Positions 9,733-18,821 of a stretch of DNA of 64,000 nucleotides are shown here, piece by piece. The notes beneath the pieces were generated by a model that searched no databases, had not been told where the DNA came from, and saw only the letters and a list, made by a program, of their open reading frames with translations. The stretch is from Alphaproteobacteria bacterium (GTDB lineage Bacteria > Pseudomonadota > Alphaproteobacteria > CAAHEQ01 > UBA3637): positions 32,001 to 96,000 of the forward strand of contig JAZUQR010000008.1 in assembly GCA_045605805.1 (NCBI GenBank). The letters run 5' to 3'. Numbering within the stretch: position 1 is the first letter of the stretch; each line of letters opens with the position of its first letter. A program made the position numbers and the translations under genes.

Positions 9733-10506
9733 ATGGCAACAAAAAGAATAAAACTTAAAAACGCAACCGGTGACTATTTGGAACCGTATACAACCAATGT
9801 TCCGGACGCAACAACTTCCGCTAAAGGTGTCGTTCAACTTGAAACAACGCCCACAGCGAACTCCTCAAAAGTCCTGACATCCGGAGCAGTCAAAACTGCC
9901 TTGGATGGTAAATTAGGCACATCTGCAACAGCCGCCAAGGCTACAGCCGATGCCAGTGGCAATACGATTACATCAACGTATGCCACAAAAACAGAAGTTC
10001 AAACGGCTCAAACAACAGCCAATGAAGCAAAAAGCATTGCTGAAGGTCGTGTACGTGCGACTGCCTATGCTGATTATCAGGCTATGATTACAGCTTTGAA
10101 TGCGGCATCCGCCACAGACTTCAAAGTTGGTGACAACATCTTTATTCAGGCAAAAAATGTTCCTGATTTGTGGATTTACTCGGTTGAAAGTTCAAGCTCA
10201 ACCTATACTTACACAACAGATGATGCGCTGGTTGCGGCCATTCAATCTGCCGGCTTTGTTCAGATCGGCTACTATAAAGTGGCTGTTCTTGAAACCGAAA
10301 AGGTTGATCTGACGAACTATGTGCCAGCCACAAGAACGGTAAATGGTAAAGCATTGTCAACTAACATCACGCTTTCAGCCGCTGACGTTGGTGCATTAGC
10401 CTCAACCGGAACCGCTGCAAAAGCAACCGCTGATGCAGACGGGAATACAATTTCAACAACATACTTAAAAATATCTAACGCGATTTCTTATGAAGAAATG
10501 GCTTAA
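9733..10506 (+). CDS. Tail fibre protein
   Basis: Start at ATG 9733 behind AAGGA; DATTSAKGVVQL and RTVNGKALSTNITLSAADVGA fibre repeats. Confidence 0.75.
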   Translation: MATKRIKLKNATGDYLEPYTTNVPDATTSAKGVVQLETTPTANSSKVLTSGAVKTALDGKLGTSATAAKATADASGNTITSTYATKTEVQTAQTTANEAKSIAEGRVRATAYADYQAMITALNAASATDFKVGDNIFIQAKNVPDLWIYSVESSSSTYTYTTDDALVAAIQSAGFVQIGYYKVAVLETEKVDLTNYVPATRTVNGKALSTNITLSAADVGALASTGTAAKATADADGNTISTTYLKISNAISYEEMA

Positions 10507-10519
10507 AAAGGAGTAATAC

Positions 10520-12028
10520 ATGGCAAACAAAAACGTGAAGCTTAAAAACCTGAACGGGGATTATCTGTACCCATATACGGATAATCTACCGACAGGATCT
10601 GCATCGGTCGCTGGCAAAGTAAGAGTGGATTCAAGTCCAACTTCAGGTTCTAGTAATGCCATTTCCTCAGGGGCGGTTTATACCGCCCTTGCAGGTAAAT
10701 TAGGCACAACAGAGACAGCGGCCAAAGCAACTGCTGATGCAAGCGGAAATAATATCGCGAACACTTATCTTAAGAAAACAGAGACAGCGGCCAAAGCAAC
10801 TGCTGATGCTGATGGTAACAATATCGCCAGCACATATTTGAAGAAATCTGAAGAAGGTCGAGGCGGTCTTGGTCTTCTGTCTGCACAACTCCGGAAAGCA
10901 TATGCGTGGACATGGTCACAAACTTTAACAAGTGGTCAGGTGCAGATAATTTATTACAATAGCGGGTATAAGTTAATAGCTCCCATTGCGTGTAACAGCT
11001 TCTACAAATACGGCGGAAACTACATTGTAATAGATGGAAAGCTCTATTATTTGAATAGTTATGGCGGTACATTAACTCAATTTGGAACTGATACCAATTA
11101 TAAAGCCGCTATGCAAAACGTTGCAATTAAGGGAACTGGTATTTACTTTGTTGGTAGCACAACCTATGCAAAATGGATAGATCAAGGTGGCACATGGACA
11201 GACATAGGATATGGCTTTGGTATTAAAAATGGTACCCTAGGTGCTTTTGGAACCCAATCCAATACAGGTGCCGCGATCGCATGGGGAATAATTGACAGTG
11301 GTGGTGTTTGGACTCAAATTATAACATCCGGCAATGGTTATTGTGTCGGTCTAAGGGACGGGTATGCCTATTATGCAACCAGCCAGGGTTCAAATGGGAC
11401 AATGATTATCGGGCATCTTGTGCAGTTGGCATCAAAAACCGATTATACCCTTTACGGCGGAAACTCAAACTATATTTATGCTTGCAATGGCAATACCTGT
11501 GACGTGTATCCGATTAATTCAATTGTCAATGGTTATACAACGGGGCCATCTACTACATATACATTCCCCGCCAATATTGTGCAAATTTCTGATAGTTATT
11601 TTCTGCTTGAAGACGGTAGGATGTACAGTAATCAAAGCCTTATCACTTCAGATGTAATTGCACTAGGATCAGGATTCTTCTTGAAGGAAGATGGTGTTTA
11701 TGTTTTATCAACAAGAGTATTTGCAATTGATGGTTCTTTTCAGACCATGTCCGGAAATATATTGTTTTCCGGGGCCGGTTCAATCCAAAGGTCAACAGTT
11801 TACACTGTTGAAAATCCGGCGACAAATTACATTGCCTACAAGAAAGTGAGCCTCCAGGATGCTTCAACAATTACAGCCACAACATCGACAACCGTTACGG
11901 CTGGCGGAACAACGTATACAAGGGATCTAAGTAAGGATTCCACATTTACACAGCCACCGGACGATTTGAAAAAACAAACCCCAACCAAGTGGCAATTTTT
12001 GGAAATGATCAGCAATATAGGAGATTAA
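10520..12028 (+). CDS. Tail fibre / putative receptor-binding protein
   Basis: N-terminal fibre motifs shared with the neighbouring genes, then a Gly/Tyr/Thr-rich beta-type domain. Confidence 0.7.
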   Translation: MANKNVKLKNLNGDYLYPYTDNLPTGSASVAGKVRVDSSPTSGSSNAISSGAVYTALAGKLGTTETAAKATADASGNNIANTYLKKTETAAKATADADGNNIASTYLKKSEEGRGGLGLLSAQLRKAYAWTWSQTLTSGQVQIIYYNSGYKLIAPIACNSFYKYGGNYIVIDGKLYYLNSYGGTLTQFGTDTNYKAAMQNVAIKGTGIYFVGSTTYAKWIDQGGTWTDIGYGFGIKNGTLGAFGTQSNTGAAIAWGIIDSGGVWTQIITSGNGYCVGLRDGYAYYATSQGSNGTMIIGHLVQLASKTDYTLYGGNSNYIYACNGNTCDVYPINSIVNGYTTGPSTTYTFPANIVQISDSYFLLEDGRMYSNQSLITSDVIALGSGFFLKEDGVYVLSTRVFAIDGSFQTMSGNILFSGAGSIQRSTVYTVENPATNYIAYKKVSLQDASTITATTSTTVTAGGTTYTRDLSKDSTFTQPPDDLKKQTPTKWQFLEMISNIGD

Positions 12029-12029
12029 A

Positions 12030-12239
12030 ATGACTGTTTATCACAAACTAATCAATGGCTTTATACTTAACAATTATGAATTAGGCGATATTACCGAAGA
12101 GGAAGCATTCGCACAAGGCTATAAAACGATCAATGAGCCACCACAAGACGGCGAGGCTTATTGTGCCGAAAGCTTCAATGAGGGAGAACATCACATTGAG
12201 GTAAAATGGGTCGAATTCAAGGTTCCGGAGGAACAATGA
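12030..12239 (+). CDS. Small acidic protein, possible fibre assembly chaperone
   Basis: 69 aa, RBS AGGAG, follows the fibre gene; its stop overlaps the next start (ATGA). Confidence 0.5.
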   Translation: MTVYHKLINGFILNNYELGDITEEEAFAQGYKTINEPPQDGEAYCAESFNEGEHHIEVKWVEFKVPEEQ

Positions 12240-12778
12240 CCGACAACACACTTTCGGAAGCATTAAAGGAAGCGTACGCCTCGGCCCCGAGTGATGTGAT
12301 TTTGTTGCACACCTTGGAACTGAGGCACCCGACCTTTATTGATGACAACGGTAATCCGACAGCTATCCGGGTTGTGCGGGACCATATAAACCACACCTGT
12401 ACGCTTGAAAACTCGGCTCCGCTTAACCCGGGCCAACCCGTTGAGTTCATCGCCATGGCCTTTGATTTGGAATTACCACCGGTCAATAACACGCCGACAC
12501 CTGAAATTTCGGTCACGATTGATAACGTTTCAACAGAGATGATCTCTTATCTTGACCGGGCCGTAGAAACTCAGGACATGATTGAGCTGACATATCGGCC
12601 ATATCTGTCTGATGACCTGACAACCCCGCAAATGGACCCGCCGATAACCTTGGTTATTACCGATATTCACGTGGACTGCTATAAAATTACAGCAACAGCC
12701 CGCATGATGGACATCGGCAACCGGTCCTTTCCGGGCGAGAATTACACCGTTAAAAAATATCCGGGATTAACACGATGA
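12236..12778 (+). CDS. Tail tip protein (DUF1833-like)
   Basis: ALKEAYASAP..VILLHTLELRHP and YRPYLSDDL motifs; precedes NlpC/P60 and J-like genes. Confidence 0.75.
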   Translation: MTDNTLSEALKEAYASAPSDVILLHTLELRHPTFIDDNGNPTAIRVVRDHINHTCTLENSAPLNPGQPVEFIAMAFDLELPPVNNTPTPEISVTIDNVSTEMISYLDRAVETQDMIELTYRPYLSDDLTTPQMDPPITLVITDIHVDCYKITATARMMDIGNRSFPGENYTVKKYPGLTR

Positions 12779-13179
12779 CACATTTTGCTTGCAAATATAT
12801 TGGTAAACCATGGGTGGCCGGCGCACAAGGCCCTGACCAGTTTGACTGTTGGGGAATGGTGCGCTGGATCCTTAAATATGAGTACGGCGTAGATGTGCCG
12901 GCGGTCAATGTCAATCCGGACAACTTAAGGAGTGTTTTGATCGCCTTTCGAGAGGATCCTGCTTTTCGGGCCTTTAAGGAAGTTCAAACACCGCAAGACG
13001 GCGATGTCGTTCTGCTTCGTCAATCAAAACATCCGGTTCATGCCGGCTTATGGCTTGATGCAGACGGCGGTGGAATTTTACATTGTTGCCGCGATGGCGG
13101 TGTTGTTTTTCAGGATTTGCCATCTATGCGCCTGTGCGGGTGGCAAATTGACAGCTATTACCGAGTAAAAGGAAAATAA
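12775..13179 (+). CDS. NlpC/P60 tail-associated peptidase
   Basis: GPDQFDCWG catalytic Cys motif; HAG and ILH motifs. Confidence 0.85.
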   Translation: MTHFACKYIGKPWVAGAQGPDQFDCWGMVRWILKYEYGVDVPAVNVNPDNLRSVLIAFREDPAFRAFKEVQTPQDGDVVLLRQSKHPVHAGLWLDADGGGILHCCRDGGVVFQDLPSMRLCGWQIDSYYRVKGK

Positions 13180-15414
13180 ATGATTTACTTTTCACATATT
13201 ACAAACCCTTTTCAGCCGAATAAGGGTCGGATAGATCGTGTCCTTGACGAAGGGAAAACGGTCTGGCAACTGGTCGAAGAACAGAAAGTTGACTTGAAAC
13301 GCCCGACAATTTGTATGATCAACGGTGGTGCAGTCCTCAGAAAGTTTTGGAACGACCTTGTTCAGCCAGATTCGCTTGTTTGCTTTATCACGCTTCCGGA
13401 AGGCGGTGGCGGCGGTAAATCCTCAAATCCAGTTCAGGTTGTTTTAATGGTCGCGGTTGTTGTTGCTTCCGTTTATACCGGTGGTGCTGTGGCGGCGGCC
13501 TATGGTGCTGTTTGGGGTGGTGTTGCGGCGGCGGCAGTTTCCATTGGCGGAAGCTTTCTTGTCAACACATTCGTTCCACCACCTAAGGCCTCTCTTAACG
13601 GGTCCGGCTCGGCCAACTCAATAGCGGCACAAAGTCCGACTTATTCCTTGCAAGCACAAGGTAATCAGGCCCGGCTTGGCAGTCCGATACCGGTTATTTA
13701 TGGCCGACACCTGATTTATCCGGATTTTGCCAGTCAGCCTTATTACGGCTATGCAAACGATGAACAATACACTTATCAAGTGCACTGCATCGGCCAAGGC
13801 TACTATGACATCGAGAAAATCCGGATTGAGGACACGCCAATCAGCTCGTTTGAAGAGATAACATATCAGATTATCAATCCGGGCGAGAAGAACACGCTCT
13901 TTCGTGATGATGTGGTAACTTCGCCGGAGGTTGCCGGACAAGAGCTTTTGAAAGGAAACACGATCGGGCCGTTTGTCTTAAACCCGACCGAAAGTGAAAT
14001 TGACCGGGTGGAAATTGATGTTGCTTGTCAGCGCGGCCTTTATTACGCAAATGACAGCGGCGGCCTGAACACAAAATCGGTTCAATGGCGCGTTGATGCC
14101 CGAAAAATTGATGATGAGGATAATCCCTTGGGTGACTGGTTCACTCTCGGGACCGAAACATTGTCAGCCAATACGGTCAACGGTCTTTACCGGACATATG
14201 GTTATTCGGTGGCAAAAGGCAGATACGAAGTCCGGGCCACACGTTTAGATGATAAAGATACATCTTCACGCGCTGGACATGAACTCCGTTGGGCCTCGGC
14301 AAAAGGCTTTATTGTATCAAATCCGAGTTACGGCGACGTAACCTTGCTCGCCATTAAGATGAAAGCCACAAATAACCTGTCGCAACGTTCAAGCCGTATG
14401 GTTAACTGTATTGTGACAAGGAAGTTGCCGACCTGGTCACCGTCTGGTGGCTGGACCGGCAGAGTGCCGACACGCTCTATCGCCTGGGCAATAGCCGACA
14501 TCTTAAAAGCTAACTATGGTGCAAGACTGACTGACAAGTCCATAGATCTTGAAGGTTTATACCGGCTGGATCAGATTTGGGCCGCACGGGGTGATACGTT
14601 TAATGCCGTCTTTGATTCCAAATTGACGGTTTATGATGCCTTGTCGCGAACCTGCAAAGTCGGACGTTCCGTTCCCTACATTCAAGGCGGCATTGTTCGC
14701 TTTGTCCGGGATGAGCCAAAATCAATACCGGTTGCATTGTTCGGGCCAAGAAACATCGTCAAAAACAGCCTGACAATTCAATACATCATGCCCTCTGAAG
14801 ATACAGCGGACAGCGTTTGTGTTCAGTATTTTTCGGACCGAACTTGGAAGAACTCAGAGATAACCGGCAGTTTTGAAGGCTCCACCTCAGATAAGACGGC
14901 AACGGTTGAGCTTTTCGGTTGTACCGATAAAAACCAAGCTCTCCGGGAGGCCATCTATATGGCGTTGGCTAACCGATATCGCCGGCGAATTGTGACATTT
15001 TCAACCGAATTGGAAGGTCTGATCCCGAGCTATGGGGATTTGATTTCCATTACGCATGATATGCCGCATTGGGGTTCAGGTGGTGAAATCCTGTCAAAAA
15101 ATGACATGACTTTAACGCTATCCGAGCCGGTTGAGTTTACCGAGGGCCAAACTCACTATTTGGCTTTAAGAACTCGAACCGGGGAACTATCAGGACCGTA
15201 CCGGGTAAAAGCCGGTTCGCTTCCGACTGAGGTTATTTTGCTAGATACTCCCGATATTCCTATCGATACCGGGACCGATGCAGAACGAACTCATTTTGCC
15301 TTTGGAACTCAAGACAAATGGGGAACATTAGCTCGTGTGACAGGGATTAAACCACGCTCCGGCAAGGTTGAAATTACCGCCGTCATTGAGGACAACAGAG
15401 TTCACGCCAATTAA
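13180..15414 (+). CDS. Tail tip / host specificity protein (lambda I/J-like)
   Basis: 744 aa; NQARLGSPIPVIYG, GRYEVRATR and TRSIAWAIAD motifs. Confidence 0.85.
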   Translation: MIYFSHITNPFQPNKGRIDRVLDEGKTVWQLVEEQKVDLKRPTICMINGGAVLRKFWNDLVQPDSLVCFITLPEGGGGGKSSNPVQVVLMVAVVVASVYTGGAVAAAYGAVWGGVAAAAVSIGGSFLVNTFVPPPKASLNGSGSANSIAAQSPTYSLQAQGNQARLGSPIPVIYGRHLIYPDFASQPYYGYANDEQYTYQVHCIGQGYYDIEKIRIEDTPISSFEEITYQIINPGEKNTLFRDDVVTSPEVAGQELLKGNTIGPFVLNPTESEIDRVEIDVACQRGLYYANDSGGLNTKSVQWRVDARKIDDEDNPLGDWFTLGTETLSANTVNGLYRTYGYSVAKGRYEVRATRLDDKDTSSRAGHELRWASAKGFIVSNPSYGDVTLLAIKMKATNNLSQRSSRMVNCIVTRKLPTWSPSGGWTGRVPTRSIAWAIADILKANYGARLTDKSIDLEGLYRLDQIWAARGDTFNAVFDSKLTVYDALSRTCKVGRSVPYIQGGIVRFVRDEPKSIPVALFGPRNIVKNSLTIQYIMPSEDTADSVCVQYFSDRTWKNSEITGSFEGSTSDKTATVELFGCTDKNQALREAIYMALANRYRRRIVTFSTELEGLIPSYGDLISITHDMPHWGSGGEILSKNDMTLTLSEPVEFTEGQTHYLALRTRTGELSGPYRVKAGSLPTEVILLDTPDIPIDTGTDAERTHFAFGTQDKWGTLARVTGIKPRSGKVEITAVIEDNRVHAN

Positions 15415-15427
15415 GAAAGGACACATC

Positions 15428-15670
15428 ATGGATTGGATTCAATTTTTACAGATCATCTGCGTACCGGCCTTTGGCTGGTTTTTTTATAAGCTCGGCGAAC
15501 AGCGCAAAGAATTAAAAACTCTTGAGCGCGACCTCAACGAGTTCAAAGTTGCGGTGGCCAAAGAGTATGCCACTCAGGTTAACATCAATCGCCTGGAGAC
15601 AAAGATTGATGAATTACATCAGCTTTTATGGGAGATGCACAATGAACACACCTCGCGGCATAAGAAATAA
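15428..15670 (+). CDS. Membrane-anchored coiled-coil protein (holin/antiholin candidate)
   Basis: One N-terminal TM segment and a RLETKID coiled coil; precedes the endolysin. Confidence 0.55.
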   Translation: MDWIQFLQIICVPAFGWFFYKLGEQRKELKTLERDLNEFKVAVAKEYATQVNINRLETKIDELHQLLWEMHNEHTSRHKK

Positions 15671-16049
15671 TAACCCCGGAAATATCCGGTGGGGATCGGA
15701 CTGGAAAGGATTAAAAAAGGACGGAAAGCAACAGGATCCGTCCTTTTGTGTATTTGAAACGCCTGAATATGGTATCCGGGCGTTGGCCAAATTACTCCGG
15801 AACTATCAGCGGCTTTATGGCCTGAACACGCCTTATCGGATAATCAGCCGGTACGCGCCACCGACCGAAAACGAAACAGTTTCATATATTGACAGCGTTT
15901 CGTGGCAACTGAACATCACGCCGGACACGCCGGTCGACCTTTCGGAAGATGGTGTTTTGATGGTGTTTATAAAAGCAATCATTAGACATGAGAACGGCAT
16001 ACAACCATACTCTAATGAAACTCTATTGAAAGGAATTCAAATGGCATGA
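15642..16049 (+). CDS. Endolysin (lysozyme-like, RNNNPGNI family)
   Basis: RGIRNNNPGNIR, ISRYAPPTEN and AIIRHENG motifs. Confidence 0.85.
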   Translation: MNTPRGIRNNNPGNIRWGSDWKGLKKDGKQQDPSFCVFETPEYGIRALAKLLRNYQRLYGLNTPYRIISRYAPPTENETVSYIDSVSWQLNITPDTPVDLSEDGVLMVFIKAIIRHENGIQPYSNETLLKGIQMA

Positions 16050-16264
16050 AAAAGCGGCTTTGGATCCCGGTCCTCGGGTGGATCCTGTGCTACGGGTTTC
16101 TGCACAACTGCCTGATTTCGCCTATAACAGGCCTGCCGGTAGTGGACTGGGAGTATTTATTAACGGCCATGGGCATTTTACTCGGTGTCAGTGGCGTACG
16201 AGATATTGGGTTAAAGGAAAGGAAAAAACAAGATGTGGTATCAGATAACAAACCTTTGGAATAA
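16046..16264 (+). CDS. Holin-like membrane protein
   Basis: Two hydrophobic segments, LLGVSGVR motif, basic C-terminus; within the lysis cassette. Confidence 0.6.
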   Translation: MKKRLWIPVLGWILCYGFLHNCLISPITGLPVVDWEYLLTAMGILLGVSGVRDIGLKERKKQDVVSDNKPLE

Positions 16265-16454
16265 AGGTAAATACTGGATAATTGCCGGAGCGGTGGCCGT
16301 TTTATACATACTCGGCTATCGGCGCGGCAAGGAAAAAGAACAAGTCAAAGTAATGAAAGGAACGGTGGACAATGTTAAAACAGCTAAGAATAGTCGGGAC
16401 AGCCTGGCTGATCCTGAGCGCGTTAAGCGGTTGCACAACAAATATAAACGGTGA
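16233..16454 (+). CDS. i-spanin-like (Rz-like) protein
   Basis: N-terminal TM segment followed by a basic helical region; overlaps a lipoprotein ORF. Confidence 0.6.
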   Translation: MWYQITNLWNKGKYWIIAGAVAVLYILGYRRGKEKEQVKVMKGTVDNVKTAKNSRDSLADPERVKRLHNKYKR

Positions 16455-16566
16455 TTTTTGCCTTTTATATGAACCGGTGTATGCCGATTATGAGCATGAT
16501 ACCCCGGAAACGGTCCGTCAAATTGATAGAAACAATGTGATTTACGATGATTTATGTACAAATTAA
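16372..16566 (+). CDS. o-spanin-like (Rz1-like) lipoprotein
   Basis: Signal peptide ending in lipobox LSGC; overlaps the previous gene in another frame. Confidence 0.7.
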   Translation: MLKQLRIVGTAWLILSALSGCTTNINGDFCLLYEPVYADYEHDTPETVRQIDRNNVIYDDLCTN

Positions 16567-16663
16567 AAGATTTTGTTTGACTTTTCTTGCAAAAATGGCT
16601 CGAATCATAAGCGGAGGTGTCATGAACCTCTGTAATCTTAATATTAAGAAAGGAAAATTAAAC

Positions 16664-16936
16664 ATGAATAAAACTGAATTTGTTGAAGCAGTTGCTAAAG
16701 AAGCTAAAGCCTCTAAAGCCGCCGCAAATGAATTGGTAAACGCTGTTGTAGCTGTTGTTACAAAAGCATTGAAAAAAGGTGAATCAGTTCAAATCACTGG
16801 TTTCGGTACATTTGAAGTAGCAAAACGCGCCGCTCGTAAAGGTCGCAATCCTGCTACCGGTAAAGAAATCAAAATCCCGGCATCAAAAGCTCCTAAGTTC
16901 AAAGCCGGCGCAGTCTTGAAAAAAGCTGTAAAATAA
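16664..16936 (+). CDS. hup: DNA-binding protein HU
   Basis: MNKTEF...GFGTFEV.KRAARKGRNPATG.EIKIPA..PKFKAG signature; RBS AAGGA. Confidence 0.95.
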   Translation: MNKTEFVEAVAKEAKASKAAANELVNAVVAVVTKALKKGESVQITGFGTFEVAKRAARKGRNPATGKEIKIPASKAPKFKAGAVLKKAVK

Positions 16937-16955
16937 GCCAAATTTGTCTTAATAT

Positions 16956-16986
16956 ACCTCACAGGTTCTATCCCGTGAGGTTTTTT
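16956..16986 (+). terminator. Rho-independent terminator after HU
   Basis: ACCTCAC/GTGAGGT stem followed by a T-run. Confidence 0.75.
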
Positions 16987-16987
16987 G

Positions 16988-17016
16988 TTGCATTTTAATC
17001 TGCCATGGGTTATAAT
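16988..17016 (+). promoter_or_regulatory. Sigma70-type promoter
   Basis: TTGCAT-17 bp-TATAAT. Confidence 0.7.
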
Positions 17017-17021
17017 GACCG

Positions 17022-17241
17022 AGCTTGGTTAGTTATGCCCAATCAGGCTAGGATTCGATAAATCCGATTATCAGTATGGGCAGAAGGTATTTCTGTCGGC
17101 ATCCGCCATGGATACGCCGAAAGATTGTGTTAGTTCATGGGTGGATGCCTGCCGAATAAGGTATCCACCCCAATAAGGCAGGACTATTTCTCATACTGAT
17201 AATAGTTTATCGACATCCACCCGCCTCATCACAGGTGGGTA
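17022..17241 (+). ncRNA. Putative structured RNA or long leader of unknown family
   Basis: Nested inverted repeats: 17055-62 with 17206-13, 17067-78 with 17192-203, 17139-50 with 17159-70, plus smaller hairpins; begins just downstream of a strong promoter. Confidence 0.55.
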
Positions 17242-17274
17242 AATTGTTGATATGGGGCGTATGAAGGGTGGATC

Positions 17275-17715
17275 ATGGGCAAGATATGCTCGTTTTTTGG
17301 ACACAGTCATTTATATGGACAATCGGACCGTATTGCCCAACAATTAAGGCAAGTCATTATCAATTTAATCGGACAAGGTGTTGATACCTTTTACGTTGGC
17401 AATCATGGTGAGTTTGATATTTTTGCCAGCCGGGTAGCCTATGATCTGAAAAGTTTATATCCTAACATCCAAATCATTGTTGTTTTATGTTATCCAAATG
17501 AGTTGCAATACTTAAAATGTGCCTTCACGGATTTTTTGATGCCTCCGGAAATAGAAGCGGCCCCCAAACGGGCTTGCATTGTAACTCGCAATCATTGGGT
17601 TGCTGATAATTCTGACTACATCGTCTGCTTTATCAAATACAAAATGGGTGGAGCCTATGCGGCTATCGAATACGCCCAAAAGCACCATAAACAGATTATA
17701 GAGGTGAGAGCATGA
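17275..17715 (+). CDS. SLOG-superfamily protein (YspA/DUF1273-like)
   Basis: CSFFGH, FYVGNHGEFD, RNHWVADNSD and GGAYAAIEYA motifs. Confidence 0.75.
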   Translation: MGKICSFFGHSHLYGQSDRIAQQLRQVIINLIGQGVDTFYVGNHGEFDIFASRVAYDLKSLYPNIQIIVVLCYPNELQYLKCAFTDFLMPPEIEAAPKRACIVTRNHWVADNSDYIVCFIKYKMGGAYAAIEYAQKHHKQIIEVRA

Positions 17716-17750
17716 ACCAAGCAGGCATACGTCACATTTGGGCTGAACGG

Positions 17751-17779
17751 TTGACTTCGCAAGGGAAGACGGATAAAAT
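17751..17779 (+). promoter_or_regulatory. Sigma70-type promoter for the avd-TR-RT cassette
   Basis: TTGACT-17 bp-TAAAAT upstream of the avd-like gene. Confidence 0.6.
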
Positions 17780-17814
17780 TGGCCCGGTAAAAACTCATAA
17801 AGAATGGTGTAAAA

Positions 17815-18408
17815 ATGCGTAAAGATCAAGTCAGTCGTAATCAAAGAATTCATATGCCCAGGAAGGTAGAAAACGTTTCGGGGCAATTAATGCTACCTGT
17901 GGATGTTGCTTCTGTAAAGCAAGCATTTGCAACAGCTAATGACAAACGATTTAAATATGCTGATGCGCTGGATCAAGCAACCAAAGAAGATCCGGAATTG
18001 CATCAAATTTCAACAATTCCAAGCGATTCAAGCGAATTAATTGTTATAACGAAACTTAAAAAACTGGGGGCTTATATTCTAGCCGTGACGGTTAAATCGC
18101 CGGCCAAATTTAGACCTGTTTTTATCAATCGGATGCAAAATTACAGCTTGTCGGCTTTGGAAAATTTATTGAATGCTAATTTTATTCGGATGGATAGCCC
18201 CGAACATAAAGCCCAGCGAGAAAAGCATCAAACGGATGCACTCATTCAGTTAAAAATGGTGGCATATGTTGCAATGCTGTCGGAAAATGCAAAGTGTATT
18301 TTGATGAGGCAGTATAAACAAATATCAATTCAGGTTGGTGAAATTATTAACCTGATTATGGCATGGAAAAAAAGTGATGATAAACAATGGCAAACAAAAA
18401 AGTTTTGA
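17815..18408 (+). CDS. avd: DGR accessory variability determinant (Avd-like four-helix bundle) with N-terminal extension
   Basis: Basic helical C-terminal ~120 aa (SPAKFR...RMQN...LLNAN...EIINLIMAW); canonical position directly before TR and RT. Confidence 0.75.
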   Translation: MRKDQVSRNQRIHMPRKVENVSGQLMLPVDVASVKQAFATANDKRFKYADALDQATKEDPELHQISTIPSDSSELIVITKLKKLGAYILAVTVKSPAKFRPVFINRMQNYSLSALENLLNANFIRMDSPEHKAQREKHQTDALIQLKMVAYVAMLSENAKCILMRQYKQISIQVGEIINLIMAWKKSDDKQWQTKKF

Positions 18409-18447
18409 ATCCGAAAGGGTCAAAAGAGGGAAAGTTGATAATGCGTA

Positions 18448-18566
18448 TTGTGCCTCTTGGTCCGCGTCTTCAAATGAAAATGAAAACGTGCGTTGCGTCA
18501 ACTATAAGGGCGATAAGAACTGGAATAACACGAATAAACGTAAAATCTCGGCGCGCCCCGATTTGC
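18448..18566 (+). repeat. DGR template repeat (TR)
   Basis: 119-bp ungapped match to 20074-20192; all 23 mismatches are at adenines in this copy; AAT/AAC-rich; lies between avd and RT. Confidence 0.97.
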
Positions 18567-18821
18567 TTTTAAGGAGAACAACAAAATGTGGTCGGCAAAG
18601 ACACAGATCTCTGAAACAAGCCAGATATGTGGATTTTAGAAAAAATCCGCCCGTGCTTAAAGCAAAGGAAACTTTCTCTTTTCTAACCGCTGTCAGCTTA
18701 ATGCTCAGTGCGGTGGAAGAAGTAAAAATGCAAAGTTTGCGTTTTATGGGGTATCACATATATTGACACGTCTTGTTTTAATATATTATCGGGTACCCCT
18801 TTTTTACAACAAAAGAGAACG

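Noticed and set aside
8371-15414. A second VR in the tail fibre or tail tip genes
   Set aside because: No copy of the TR core (TCTTGGTCCGCG or CGGCGCGCCCC) found by eye; other targets outside the window cannot be excluded.
1-16566. Gene transfer agent instead of a prophage
   Set aside because: The lambda-type S49/D/E head module, long tape measure protein, lysis cassette and tRNA-adjacent cargo fit a prophage better than RcGTA organisation.
18374-18766. 130-aa ORF containing CASWSASS...ISARP
   Set aside because: It is the TR read in the target's frame plus spacer sequence; it overlaps avd and has no clear RBS, so it is treated as non-coding DGR RNA.
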